From Candidatus Azotimanducaceae bacterium (GTDB lineage: Bacteria; Pseudomonadota; Gammaproteobacteria; Pseudomonadales; Azotimanducaceae): 64,000 nt of DNA. The notes beneath the pieces were generated by a model, which worked only from the letters and a program-made list of their open reading frames with translations, was not told where the DNA came from and made no database searches. The translations under genes and the position numbers were made by a program. Where the stretch lies: contig OZ241909.1 of assembly GCA_965203735.1 (NCBI GenBank), positions 2,539,809-2,603,808 on the forward strand, written 5' to 3'. Of this stretch, positions 8,799 to 18,929 are shown in pieces. Every line of letters begins with the position of its first letter. The stretch's first letter is position 1.

Positions 8799-9929
8799 GT
8801 GAGCGCGATTTCGAACGTAGAAACCAAGACCGACACACACATCGCTTTCGAGCATGTCTCAAAGAGCTATGACGGCACTACGCAAGTTGTCAAAGACCTT
8901 TGCTTGGAAATCGAACGTGGTGAGTTTCTGACTCTTCTAGGACCTTCAGGGTCGGGGAAAACCACCTGCCTCATGATGTTGGCAGGATTCGAGACAATCT
9001 CATCGGGTCACATCACAATTGATGGAACTGCTGTTCACGCGTTCGCTCCCCATAAACGCGGTATCGGAATGGTGTTTCAGAACTATGCACTATTTCCGCA
9101 CCTGACAGTAGGCCGTAACCTCTCATTTCCATTGGAGGTTCGTGGAATTAGCGCATCTGAACGAGCCGATCGAGTGAAAAAGGCCTTGGAACTAGTACAA
9201 CTCGAAGGATTCGAAGATAGAAAGCCAGCCAACCTCTCTGGAGGCCAGCAGCAGCGTGTAGCCATTGCTCGAGCGCTTGTATTCGAACCGGAAATTGTGC
9301 TCATGGATGAACCTTTGGGTGCACTAGATCGTCGCTTACGTGAAGAGATGCAGTACGAAATCCGTCGAATTCACCAGCAATTGGGCGTGACCATGGTTTA
9401 CGTGACCCACGACCAACAAGAAGCGATGGTGCTTTCCGACCGAGTTGCAGTGTTTCGCGACGGATCCATCGAGCAAATAGCACCTCCCGAAACGCTTTAC
9501 GAAGAACCAAACCGTGTGTTCGTTTCGTCGTTTATTGGAGACAACAACGTCCTCTATGGCAAGGTGGAAGAAATCCGTCCTGGAGATCTTTGCAACGTCG
9601 CAGTTGGTTCGGAAGACCACGTTCAAGCTCTGATCATTGAAGACACCCAACCGGGCGACTCGGTGTGGGTTGCGGTTCGTCCTGAACGGGTTGCCATTGC
9701 AAGAGAGGAAAAACAATACTCAAACCAGTTTGAAGCTATCGTGAACGACATTGTTTTCATGGGCGACCACCTGCGTCTGAACCTTGAAACATGTGGTCAG
9801 AGAGACTTCATAGTAAAGATCCCAAACATCGTTGGGCACGGTGCAGTTTTGCCTGGAGATCGGATTCAGATCGGATGGGCAGCACTGGACTGCCGTGCGC
9901 TTCCTATGGATAAGGAGAAAGAAAATTGA
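8799..9929 (+). CDS. ABC importer ATP-binding subunit, PotA/CysA-like with C-terminal TOBE-like domain
   Basis: Walker A is GPSGSGKTT, the signature is LSGGQQQRVAIARAL and Walker B is IVLMDEPL. GTG start. The stop overlaps the next gene's TTG (TTGA). Confidence 0.85.
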   Translation: MSAISNVETKTDTHIAFEHVSKSYDGTTQVVKDLCLEIERGEFLTLLGPSGSGKTTCLMMLAGFETISSGHITIDGTAVHAFAPHKRGIGMVFQNYALFPHLTVGRNLSFPLEVRGISASERADRVKKALELVQLEGFEDRKPANLSGGQQQRVAIARALVFEPEIVLMDEPLGALDRRLREEMQYEIRRIHQQLGVTMVYVTHDQQEAMVLSDRVAVFRDGSIEQIAPPETLYEEPNRVFVSSFIGDNNVLYGKVEEIRPGDLCNVAVGSEDHVQALIIEDTQPGDSVWVAVRPERVAIAREEKQYSNQFEAIVNDIVFMGDHLRLNLETCGQRDFIVKIPNIVGHGAVLPGDRIQIGWAALDCRALPMDKEKEN

Positions 9930-11017
9930 AAAGCAAGTACCTGTACAAGACTAGCATCGCACTTGCCATGGCTGTCGTTTGGACAACTGGCACAAGTGCA
10001 GAAGAGACTCTAACGGTAGTTTCCTTCGGAGGATCCTACGCCAAGGCTTGTGTCGACGGCTACCACAAGTCCTTCGAGGAAGAAACCGGAATCAAGATCA
10101 AACTTGAGGACTACAACGGCGGACTGGCGCAAGTACGGGCTCAGGTCGATGCCGGAGCTGTCCACTGGGACGTATTGGATACCGAAAGTGCTCCTCTAAT
10201 GATCGGTTGTGACGAAGGAGTGTTTGAAGAGGTCTCGGATCTCGAACTTCCACCAGCGCCGGATGGAACTCCCGCCGCCGATGACTTCTTCGACGGAATG
10301 CTATTCGATTGCGGTGTCGGAACCTTGGTGTATGCAACCGTCATGGTGTACAACTCTGAAAATGTGGACGGTGAACCTCCTTCAACGGTCCAAGACTTCT
10401 TCGATCTCGAGAAATTCCCAGGCAGACGTGGAATGCGTCGTTCACCATCCGGAAATCTCGCATGGGCTCTCATGGCTGATGGCGTTCCAACTGATCGAAT
10501 TTATGAAGAACTATCGACTGAAGATGGATTGCAACGCGCTTTTCGCAAACTGGACACTATCAAGGAACATGTGATTTGGTGGGAAACGGGTGCTCAAGCA
10601 CCTCAATTGCTGGCAGATGGTGAAGTCTTTATGACCACGGCATGGAACGGGAGGATTTTCAACGCACAAGTCGTGGAAAATCAACCATTTGTCATCATTT
10701 GGGACGGACATATCCGAGACTATGGAGCTTTAGCTATCGTAGCCGGTGCCCCAAATCTCGAAAACGCCAAGAAGTTTCTTCAGCACGCAACGAGCACTCG
10801 AGGAATGGTTGGAGTAGCCAACCATATCTCCTATGCGCCAGTTCGACATTCGGGACTCCCACTAGTAGGAAAACATGCCACTACAGGTGTCGACATGAAA
10901 CCCCACATGCCCACCTTTCCCGCCAATTCAAAGAACTTTCTCTGGTATGACATTGAATTCTGGACCGACAGAGAGGATGAATTAATCGAGAGATTCAATT
11001 CGTGGCTGTCTCGTTAG
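9926..11017 (+). CDS. Periplasmic/extracytoplasmic solute-binding protein (PotD/PotF-like family 1 SBP)
   Basis: The signal peptide is MKSKYLYKTSIALAMAVVWTTGTSAEE. AAGGAG lies 8 nt upstream of the TTG start. Operon position and 363-aa length fit an SBP. The substrate cannot be determined. Confidence 0.7.
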   Translation: MKSKYLYKTSIALAMAVVWTTGTSAEETLTVVSFGGSYAKACVDGYHKSFEEETGIKIKLEDYNGGLAQVRAQVDAGAVHWDVLDTESAPLMIGCDEGVFEEVSDLELPPAPDGTPAADDFFDGMLFDCGVGTLVYATVMVYNSENVDGEPPSTVQDFFDLEKFPGRRGMRRSPSGNLAWALMADGVPTDRIYEELSTEDGLQRAFRKLDTIKEHVIWWETGAQAPQLLADGEVFMTTAWNGRIFNAQVVENQPFVIIWDGHIRDYGALAIVAGAPNLENAKKFLQHATSTRGMVGVANHISYAPVRHSGLPLVGKHATTGVDMKPHMPTFPANSKNFLWYDIEFWTDREDELIERFNSWLSR

Positions 11018-11075
11018 CCATAACGAGACGGCAAAAACCTAAATCCAACGTACGTCGTACAAGACGGACTAACCT

Positions 11076-12278
11076 GTGATGGCCAAACGGAACGGGGTGC
11101 ACGGCTTGATCGTTCCGGTTGGATTGGTCTTGCCTCTCATTGCATTCATTCTTGTGACGTTTGTCATCCCGTTGGGTTCGATGGTGATCCAAAGTGTGCA
11201 CGATCCCGAAGTAGCTGAAGTTCTACCAAATACTCTCAATCTACTAAGTGAGTGGAACGGCACATCCGTCCCGTCCGAAGAGGTGTTTGAGTCCATGGCG
11301 GGAGAACTAGTACTTTCACGTGAATCCCGAACTACGGGAAAAGTTGCAACGCGAGTGAACCGTATTGCTAGCGGCACACGGAGTGTTTTCGGAAAGACGG
11401 CCAGACGTCTGGAAAGGATTGAGACAACTGAATTGCGCTCCGCAATGATCGACATCGACGATCGTTGGGAAGATGTTGAACTGTGGATTGCGATTCGAGA
11501 AGCGGGCAGAGAGTACACGGTGAAGCACTACCTCCACGCCGTCGATCTCGAGCGAGAACTCGATGGTGGCATTCACCTCGTAAGCGAGGACCAACGAATC
11601 TACAACACCTTGTACTTGCGAACTCTCTTTGTCAGTCTAGCCGTTACGTTTTTTTGCTTTCTGATTGGCTATCCAATTGCCTATGCCATTGCAAATGTTT
11701 CAGATTCGATGGCAAAGATTCTCCTCCTGATCGTTCTGATTCCCTTTTGGACTTCTCTACTTGTACGCACGACCTCTTGGCTTGTTCTCTTACAAAATCA
11801 AGGAGTTGTGAATGACATATTGGTATGGCTCGGACTTGTAAACGACTCGGATCGTCTGGCTCTAATACATAACATGACGGGAACATTGGTTGCGATGACA
11901 CATGTCTTGCTGCCCTTCATGATTTTGCCTCTCTATGCCGTCATGAGAGCCATTCCGACCGACTACATGAGAGCAGCAGCTTCGTTAGGAGCAAATCCCG
12001 CCCAATCATTCGTGCGGGTGTACTTTCCACAGTCCCTTCCCGGTATCTCGGCCGGATGTCTGCTTGTTTTCATCTTGTCGCTGGGCTACTACATCACGCC
12101 AGCACTTGTTGGAGGCACAAAAGGACAGCTCATTTCCAACATGATCGCCTATCACATCCAATCTTCACTCAATTGGGGATTGGCGGCGGCAATTTCGGTG
12201 ATCTTGCTCACAGGTGTGTTCATTTGTTATTTCATTTTTGACAAATGGGTGGGCGTGGACAAACTGAGACTAAGCTGA
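11076..12278 (+). CDS. ABC importer permease (PotB-like) with a ~140-aa hydrophilic insertion after TM1
   Basis: It has multiple TM segments and a typical binding-protein-dependent permease core. At 400 aa it is longer than the usual ~280 aa. Confidence 0.75.
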   Translation: MMAKRNGVHGLIVPVGLVLPLIAFILVTFVIPLGSMVIQSVHDPEVAEVLPNTLNLLSEWNGTSVPSEEVFESMAGELVLSRESRTTGKVATRVNRIASGTRSVFGKTARRLERIETTELRSAMIDIDDRWEDVELWIAIREAGREYTVKHYLHAVDLERELDGGIHLVSEDQRIYNTLYLRTLFVSLAVTFFCFLIGYPIAYAIANVSDSMAKILLLIVLIPFWTSLLVRTTSWLVLLQNQGVVNDILVWLGLVNDSDRLALIHNMTGTLVAMTHVLLPFMILPLYAVMRAIPTDYMRAAASLGANPAQSFVRVYFPQSLPGISAGCLLVFILSLGYYITPALVGGTKGQLISNMIAYHIQSSLNWGLAAAISVILLTGVFICYFIFDKWVGVDKLRLS

Positions 12279-13114
12279 TGCACAACTTTGGTTGGAAAGT
12301 CGTAAGAGGGATATTCATTACGATCGTGGTGCTAGGACTATGTTTCCTAGTCCTTCCCTTGCTTGTTATAGTTCCGCTGAGCTTTAACGCGGAGCCATAC
12401 TTCACGTTTACGGAAGGAATGCTCCGGCTGGACGGCGAAGCGTATTCGTTGCGATGGTATCGTTCGATTCTCGAGAATCCCGAATGGAGCAAGGCGATCG
12501 GAAACAGCTTCTTAATTGGGGTTTTCGCAACCTTAGTCGCGACAGTCTTGGGAACGCTAGCTGCTTTGGGTTTGAACCACCCAAGGTTACCGTTCCGCCA
12601 GGCGATATCGGCACTCTTAATCTCTCCAATGGTCACTCCCGTGATCATTGTGGCCGTTGGAGTGTTCTTCTTCTATTCTTCAATGGGGTTGGCGCAGACG
12701 CACCTCGGGTTAATTCTTGCTCATGCAATGCTTGGTGCCCCGTTTGTCGTGATTACTGTAACGGCTACTTTGGCAGGATTCGATCAAACACTTATGCGGG
12801 CGGCGACTAGTCTCGGCGCAGGACCGTTGACTGCCTTTATGAGGATTCAATTGCCTCTGATTTCACCAGGCGTTCTTACAGGAGCTCTATTTGCATTCAT
12901 TGCTTCCTTTGACGAAGTCGTAGTCGTGCTTTTTCTTGGCGGTGTGGATCAACGTACGATTCCAAGACAAATGTGGTCTGGGATTCGTGAGGAAATCAGT
13001 CCGACCATCCTAGCTATCGCGACACTACTCATAGTCTTCGCCATCCTACTGCTCCTCGCTGTGGAACTGCTCCAACGCAGGAACAAACTCGCGGCAGAGA
13101 CCTCAGTGGAGTAG
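12278..13114 (+). CDS. ABC importer permease (PotC-like)
   Basis: It has six hydrophobic segments. ATG 12278 overlaps the upstream stop (TGATG). The six-frame ORF could also start at ATG 12245. Confidence 0.75.
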   Translation: MHNFGWKVVRGIFITIVVLGLCFLVLPLLVIVPLSFNAEPYFTFTEGMLRLDGEAYSLRWYRSILENPEWSKAIGNSFLIGVFATLVATVLGTLAALGLNHPRLPFRQAISALLISPMVTPVIIVAVGVFFFYSSMGLAQTHLGLILAHAMLGAPFVVITVTATLAGFDQTLMRAATSLGAGPLTAFMRIQLPLISPGVLTGALFAFIASFDEVVVVLFLGGVDQRTIPRQMWSGIREEISPTILAIATLLIVFAILLLLAVELLQRRNKLAAETSVE

Positions 13115-13183
13115 TTCACTCTCTGTCAAGTACGGCCTACTGTAGCTATACTTCTCAGAACTCATCGGGTCTCGGGGGAGTGC

Positions 13184-13642
13184 ATGAAACTGATTAAGTT
13201 CTGTCTTGCAATTGCATCAATTGTGGCAGCGGTATCCTTGAATTCTGATTCCGACGAGAGCAAACAAGAAGCCGAAACGGTTAGCTTTGAACTAAAGATT
13301 TCCAATATTGAGGAAACCGAAGGCAAGGTCATCATGGGTATCTTTGCTGACGAGAAAGCGTGGAAAGACTTGGATGCAACTCATAGCCTCGAGGCGGAAC
13401 CGTCAATTAAAGGCTCATCCGCCACGATTGAGCTTGAACCTGGTGAGTACGCGGCATCGGCATACCAGGACCTCAATGACGATGGTGAATTCAATCGTAA
13501 AGGGATGATGCGCTTACCGGGCGAGCCATATGGGTTCTCCAACAACGCGCGTCCTCGATTCGGAGTACCTGGATGGAAACGCGTCAAGTTCACAGTCGAC
13601 GAGAACTCGACCGAACACACAATCAAGCTTGTGCAACCCTAG
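13184..13642 (+). CDS. Secreted DUF2141-like protein
   Basis: It has a signal peptide and the pattern GEYAASAYQDLNDDGEFNRKGMMRLPGEPYGFSNNARPRFG that I associate with DUF2141. GGGGGAG lies upstream of the ATG. Confidence 0.55.
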   Translation: MKLIKFCLAIASIVAAVSLNSDSDESKQEAETVSFELKISNIEETEGKVIMGIFADEKAWKDLDATHSLEAEPSIKGSSATIELEPGEYAASAYQDLNDDGEFNRKGMMRLPGEPYGFSNNARPRFGVPGWKRVKFTVDENSTEHTIKLVQP

Positions 13643-13714
13643 CTCACTTGACCACTGTCGTGATCGGAGCTGAATTCAGTCCACTAGATCCGAACTAGAA
13701 CTGGAGGCACCAGC

Positions 13715-15295
13715 ATGAGTTTAGCAGCGTGGTCGTGGATATTCTTGATCGTGTATGTCGGCGGAATGCTGGCATTCGGCGTTTGGGGTCAACGACGTGT
13801 CAAACACGCAGACGATTACGCTACTGCAAGAGGCGGCTACGGTCCAACATTCCTTGCATTTGCGTTCGCAGCTACCACTGCCAGCGGAGCAACATTTCTT
13901 GGCGGACCCGGACTTGCCTACATTCTCGGATTCTCTTCTGTCTGGGGAAATTTCCTCTACCCGATGGGCGTTTACTTGGGCGTGCTGATTTGCATGCGAC
14001 TGGTTGCGACCGCTGGCAATCGCTTCGGCAACCGAAGTATTCCCGAGTATCTGGGAGATAGATTTCAATCTAATGGATTGAGGATCCTCGTATCGCTGTT
14101 GTCGCTTGTGTTGTTCTTCTATCTGGCAGCGCAGCTTGTCTCAGGACTGGTTATGTTCGAGACGATGCTTGGAATGGATCCCGCTTGGGCACTTGCAATT
14201 ACCGTAATCGTACTTGGAGCTTATGTGGTCCTCGGTGGTGCTCACGCCGATATCTTGACCGATGGCGTTCAAGGTATGTTGATGCTTGCACTGGCCATTG
14301 TGGTCATCGTAATCGTGTTACTTGGCGTGGGTCTGGATGGTAGCTTAGGCGAGTTGGCAAGATCACTTGGCGAACAAGACGAAAATCTGACGAAGCCGCT
14401 CAATCCAACGAACCCCCTAACCCATTCTCCTTGGTCGATAGTCGCCATACTGCTCGCTCACATTCCTTTGGGGATGCTGCCTCATCTCGGCAACAAGGTT
14501 TGGGCACTCAAGTCAGACAAACAACAACATTCGTTCGTCCGAGTTGCTTTCTTGTGCGGAATAGTGCTTGGAATGATGGGGCTTGGTGGGTTGCTAGCGA
14601 GGGCAGTACTTGGTGACGATCTTCTCGCTAGTCAAAGCCACAATGCAGCGTTGCCGTTGCTGTTTATAGAACTGTTTCCAACATGGCTGGCCGCACTCAT
14701 AGGGGTCGGTATCCTCGCGGCAATAATGTCCACAGCCGACGGGTTGGTCGTCTCCTCATCGCAAGTAATTGCCAACGATCTCTATCGCAGAACACTTGCA
14801 CCGTTGTTTCACAGTCACCTCTCTGAGGAACAAATCGACAAACGGGTGCTCGTGATCAGCCGTGTCAGTACTGTGGTTGTACTGATTATTTGTGCCGCTT
14901 TGGCTTGGGCTCTGCAAAAGGTCAACATCGCGCTCATCGTGTTCATCGGCGTGGGCGGAATGATGGCCGCGTTCGCGGGTCCGTTGGTCTTGGGAGCGCT
15001 TTGGCAAGGCGTAACGCGAAAAGGTGCATATGCAGGTTTGCTAGCCGGCTTCGTTTCTTTCGTGATCTTTCACGCTCAATTGCTCGATCCCAGTTGGTTT
15101 GGTTCGGGCATCTTTTTTGACGTTGTTTCGTGGATTCATGGAGAAGGACCGAACCCGTTTTCGTGTGCAGCAATGGGCGAGATTATTGGAGTCATAGTGA
15201 CCTTTGTGGTTTCAAAACTTACTAAACCCCTCCCTTCAAGCCATCTCGAAGAGCTATTCGACCCTAAAAGGGTCCCTGATCCGTCAGCCGAGTAG
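13715..15295 (+). CDS. Sodium:solute symporter (SSS) family transporter
   Basis: 526 aa with about 13 hydrophobic segments. It has an SSS-like LGGAHADILTDGVQG segment. GGAGG lies upstream of the ATG. Confidence 0.8.
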   Translation: MSLAAWSWIFLIVYVGGMLAFGVWGQRRVKHADDYATARGGYGPTFLAFAFAATTASGATFLGGPGLAYILGFSSVWGNFLYPMGVYLGVLICMRLVATAGNRFGNRSIPEYLGDRFQSNGLRILVSLLSLVLFFYLAAQLVSGLVMFETMLGMDPAWALAITVIVLGAYVVLGGAHADILTDGVQGMLMLALAIVVIVIVLLGVGLDGSLGELARSLGEQDENLTKPLNPTNPLTHSPWSIVAILLAHIPLGMLPHLGNKVWALKSDKQQHSFVRVAFLCGIVLGMMGLGGLLARAVLGDDLLASQSHNAALPLLFIELFPTWLAALIGVGILAAIMSTADGLVVSSSQVIANDLYRRTLAPLFHSHLSEEQIDKRVLVISRVSTVVVLIICAALAWALQKVNIALIVFIGVGGMMAAFAGPLVLGALWQGVTRKGAYAGLLAGFVSFVIFHAQLLDPSWFGSGIFFDVVSWIHGEGPNPFSCAAMGEIIGVIVTFVVSKLTKPLPSSHLEELFDPKRVPDPSAE

Positions 15296-15357
15296 ATCTC
15301 GATCAACCAAGAATCCAGAAAACCTGCTTTGGACAAGACCAAAGGCTTTAGAGGCAG

Positions 15358-16839
15358 TCATGGTGATTCAGCCTGTGCACCCGCGTTTTCAGGCAAGAGC
15401 TTTCGCACCGGAGCAAACAATTGGGGAATGGAAACTGGAGTGAGTTGATCAAGTGTAGATCGCACGAGTCCTCTTGAGCGTTGCCATTCCGAATAGCGCG
15501 GATCTGACACAAACACTTGCCAACGTGGATCTTCCTCCAACCACCACCCTGGCGGCTGAGTCCAAAATTGATCACTGCATGCCAAGTTCTTGAATGCGAA
15601 GTTCAAGTCGCCGAGATAGAGTGCGTTCTCAACCAATTCGTCACAAGAGAGTTGCTCTTGAATGGTCGCAAGAACACCGCGTGCTTCCTCAATTCGCCCG
15701 TTTATTGCCAAGTGTCGGACTTCAAACTCCACTGACTCCGTCAAGTCGATGGCACCGTCTCGTACTTCAAGATCATATAAGGCGGCGAAGAGCTTGACAC
15801 GGGAATTTTCGGGCTCTCTGGCACTAGCGATCGTAAGTGCTTCTTCAACTCCGGCGTCACTTCCACTTCTAAATCTCGATAATCCGATTCTCAATGCTGC
15901 GAGTCCTGACCGAGGACGCATTTTTGCCCATCGGAGGAGCAGTTGCTCCTCTTCCTCGAACCATCCAAGGGCACTGTAAAGATCAGCCATCCTCAAGACC
16001 GCGTGGGAATTGGGAAACGTACCTGCTAGTTCGGTGACTGTGTTGGTGTAGAGTGGCAAGTCTCCCGTTGCGGAGTATTCATTCCACGCTTGTTCAATGA
16101 GCGACGGATAATGCCGCGGGTTTGCACTAACTGCCAAATCTAGGAATTCCGTCTTTCGGTCGTATTCGATTCGTGAAAGTAGATAGAGTGCAAACGCGTT
16201 TGAGTAGATATTCGAAGCTTGAAGCAGGATAGCTCTCGCATCCGGTATTTCTTGCGAATGGAACAGTGATTGAGCGCGAAGGTAGTTTTCGAAATCTCCC
16301 TCGATGCTTTCTTCATCCGAAATTTCACCAACGCTGTTGTCGTACAAGCCACCTAGTATCTGGTCGACTGCTTGATTGCGAATGCTCAGCAGTGACTCGT
16401 CTGGATAGCGAAAAACGTTGTGCCACTTTAGTTTCCATGCTGGACGAGTGACATCCACAACCCGAACCGTAAGCAGAAAGCTATCTGGGGTGTCCTGGTC
16501 TTCAACGAAGTCACCGTCCACAATATGGGTCACTCCTAGTTCATGCGTGAAACCACGGAAATCCTCACGCAAGTCGATTGCCGCTCTTGCGGCATCGAAG
16601 TCCACGAAAGTCAAGTCTCGGCTTAGGGCAACGAGTTCTCTTATGTGTCGAGGAAACTCCTGTGTGAGATGAGGCGAAAGAGTTTCAGGTCCGTCGAATG
16701 GCAGTACCGCGACGATGATTTGCTTTGGAATGGCTCGTGGGAGGAGTATGAAGTAACCAATAATCGTGCTCAAAACCAGTAGAGACATCAAAACTACAGA
16801 AAAGAAAAAAGCATGTGACTTAGTCCTTCTGGTATTCAT
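15358..16839 (-). CDS. Membrane-anchored protein with TolB-N-like (VAVLPF) domain and C-terminal TPR-like helical region
   Basis: An N-terminal TM segment is followed by IVAVLPFDG...ELGVTHIVDGDF...LLTVRVVD. This pattern is seen in TolB-N-like modules of TPR/adenylate-cyclase-type proteins. The remainder is helical-repeat-like. Confidence 0.45.
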   Translation of the reverse strand: MNTRRTKSHAFFFSVVLMSLLVLSTIIGYFILLPRAIPKQIIVAVLPFDGPETLSPHLTQEFPRHIRELVALSRDLTFVDFDAARAAIDLREDFRGFTHELGVTHIVDGDFVEDQDTPDSFLLTVRVVDVTRPAWKLKWHNVFRYPDESLLSIRNQAVDQILGGLYDNSVGEISDEESIEGDFENYLRAQSLFHSQEIPDARAILLQASNIYSNAFALYLLSRIEYDRKTEFLDLAVSANPRHYPSLIEQAWNEYSATGDLPLYTNTVTELAGTFPNSHAVLRMADLYSALGWFEEEEQLLLRWAKMRPRSGLAALRIGLSRFRSGSDAGVEEALTIASAREPENSRVKLFAALYDLEVRDGAIDLTESVEFEVRHLAINGRIEEARGVLATIQEQLSCDELVENALYLGDLNFAFKNLACSDQFWTQPPGWWLEEDPRWQVFVSDPRYSEWQRSRGLVRSTLDQLTPVSIPQLFAPVRKLLPENAGAQAESP

Positions 16840-17315
16840 AATTCAGTTCTTACGACCGTGAATCGCCTGCTAGACACCATTTCCTGCACAATTCAATAGT
16901 TTCGTGTGGATAGCAATTCTCACCTGGAATGAACCACGACCTATATAGTTTATTAGGTAGAAAATTTCCCGAAGAATTCGACAATTGAGACTGAATGCAA
17001 GCCGTGGATACAGACCCAAACTCTATTCATGGTTGGCGTTATATCATTTGCAGTCATGCCGAATGAAAGGATCCAAGGATCATCAGAATAAGTTGGCATA
17101 AACGTTCAACTTGGATTGTTTTTGCAACGATCGCCGTCGTAGTCACGGTTGGGATCGGCTTAGTAGCTTTCAATTACCTGTCGCTTCGCACTGAAGTAAC
17201 GCAGAACACACAAAGGACTCCGAGTGTTTCTTCACTAGATTCGCTTCAAGAAGAGTCTTCTCTGGTTTGGAACCGAACAGACGCTAACTCCGAAATCGGA
17301 GCACTTGTACGCATT

Positions 17316-18914
17316 TTGAGCCCTTTCAATAGGCGGCTCGCACTGGACGATCTTCTGACTGACTCATCTCTCAATCGATTGAAGGATTTTCTGAATCAAA
17401 CCGCCTCGATTCAACCGAAGCATATCGGAGACGAATTACAGGAAGGCATAATTCGAAAGATCGCAATGATCGATCCTTTGGTAGCTCTGTCACAGCTCGA
17501 AAAATTCGGCGAGGATGGGCAGAGCTTTGTGATTTCCGCCATTTTTGGGGAGTGGTCGGCCTCCGACCCGGTTCAAGCAATCCAACACATCGTCAACTTA
17601 GACGAACATCACCAGAAATTTGCTGTGCAAGGAATGTTACTGTCAGGCACAGAACTTCCTAATGACGTGCGACGCCAGTTGTCCCGAGAGATTGACATCG
17701 AGGAGTTCGAATTGGATCAAGCAGCAACAGCTGTGCTAAGCGAGTCAATCGACGATCCGGAAGAGCTTTGGTACAGCCTTACAACCGACTACACAGACAA
17801 CACTCTTCCCTCAAGTGACATCCAGCTCAACGCACTGGTTTATGTTGCTCTGGACTGGCTGGAAAAAGACCGTCTTAATGCAACGGATGCGATCATGGAC
17901 TCTTTTCCACGGCGAGTAGACCAAGCCCCATTGCTTGAAGAAATCCTAAAGGGGCTGGTAGAGAGCAACTATAAAGAACTTCGGGCCTTTACCGCTGATA
18001 TCGAGCGACGGGATCGAGTGGTTCTGGCGCGGGCTGTTGCTGGTTGGGCTGCAACGGAGGGAGAGCGGGCACTGGAAGCAACCCGACTGGTGGATAGCGA
18101 AGAAGCGACCGATCCGAATCGAATGCAGCGAGTTGCAATTGAGTCGTGGGGCATGAACCATCCTCACTCCCTTTACGCAGCATTGTCCCGGATACCGGAA
18201 GATCTTCGGACCTGGAGTCGGCAAACGGCACTCATGGCAATGGGGAAGTCGTCTCCTGAGTCGATACCGATGCTGTTGAAGGACGTGAAAGACAAGAGAG
18301 TTCGAGAAATGGTTTTCATCAATGTAATTGACGATTGGGCAAGAATTGACCCATACGCCGCCTTCGAATGGGCCAACGACCCAGAAATAAAGAAGTTGCC
18401 AGGCGGCGGTACCGGAAGCGTATTCGAGGTGATAGCACGAGAGAATCCCCACGCCGCATTACCCATAGCGCGGACCTTTCCAAAGGGAGAAGGAGGTATT
18501 GGACGAGAAGCGCAGGTAATCAGCTCAATGGCGCGTCTTGATGTGGACGCGGCAATTGGCATGCTTGATTCCGCTCGCAACAAAGCCACACGTAGGAGCG
18601 CATACAACGGTATTGGCATGGCCTTGATTCTTGAAGGCGACTCAGACCGCGCAATTGAATTGGTCAAGGACGAGCCCGAAGCAGTTCAGAACAGCTACTT
18701 TAGTGGGTTCATATACATGTGGGCAGAATACGGTGCCCGTGACATGCTGAACAAGCTGGGTGTTTTGCCTACGAACGAAGTCAGACAAATGTGCGCATCC
18801 TATCTCTTGAAGCTCAATGAGAACAATCCGTTCCTGAACACCGAGGACATGGACAAGCTTGAGCAATATGTGGACGAGAGCGAACTTCACCTACTTCAAC
18901 ACACTGCAGACTAG
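17316..18914 (+). CDS. Helical-repeat protein, paralogue 1 (true N-terminus probably upstream and disrupted)
   Basis: TTG 17316 is the first canonical start. The frame stays open upstream to 17067 and there encodes a TM helix (WIVFATIAVVVTVGIGLVAFNYL) that matches the N-terminal anchor of paralogue 2. It contains repeated x-W-x(2)-DP-x(2)-A motifs. Confidence 0.6.
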   Translation: MSPFNRRLALDDLLTDSSLNRLKDFLNQTASIQPKHIGDELQEGIIRKIAMIDPLVALSQLEKFGEDGQSFVISAIFGEWSASDPVQAIQHIVNLDEHHQKFAVQGMLLSGTELPNDVRRQLSREIDIEEFELDQAATAVLSESIDDPEELWYSLTTDYTDNTLPSSDIQLNALVYVALDWLEKDRLNATDAIMDSFPRRVDQAPLLEEILKGLVESNYKELRAFTADIERRDRVVLARAVAGWAATEGERALEATRLVDSEEATDPNRMQRVAIESWGMNHPHSLYAALSRIPEDLRTWSRQTALMAMGKSSPESIPMLLKDVKDKRVREMVFINVIDDWARIDPYAAFEWANDPEIKKLPGGGTGSVFEVIARENPHAALPIARTFPKGEGGIGREAQVISSMARLDVDAAIGMLDSARNKATRRSAYNGIGMALILEGDSDRAIELVKDEPEAVQNSYFSGFIYMWAEYGARDMLNKLGVLPTNEVRQMCASYLLKLNENNPFLNTEDMDKLEQYVDESELHLLQHTAD

Positions 18915-18929
18915 GATCAATTCGAACTC

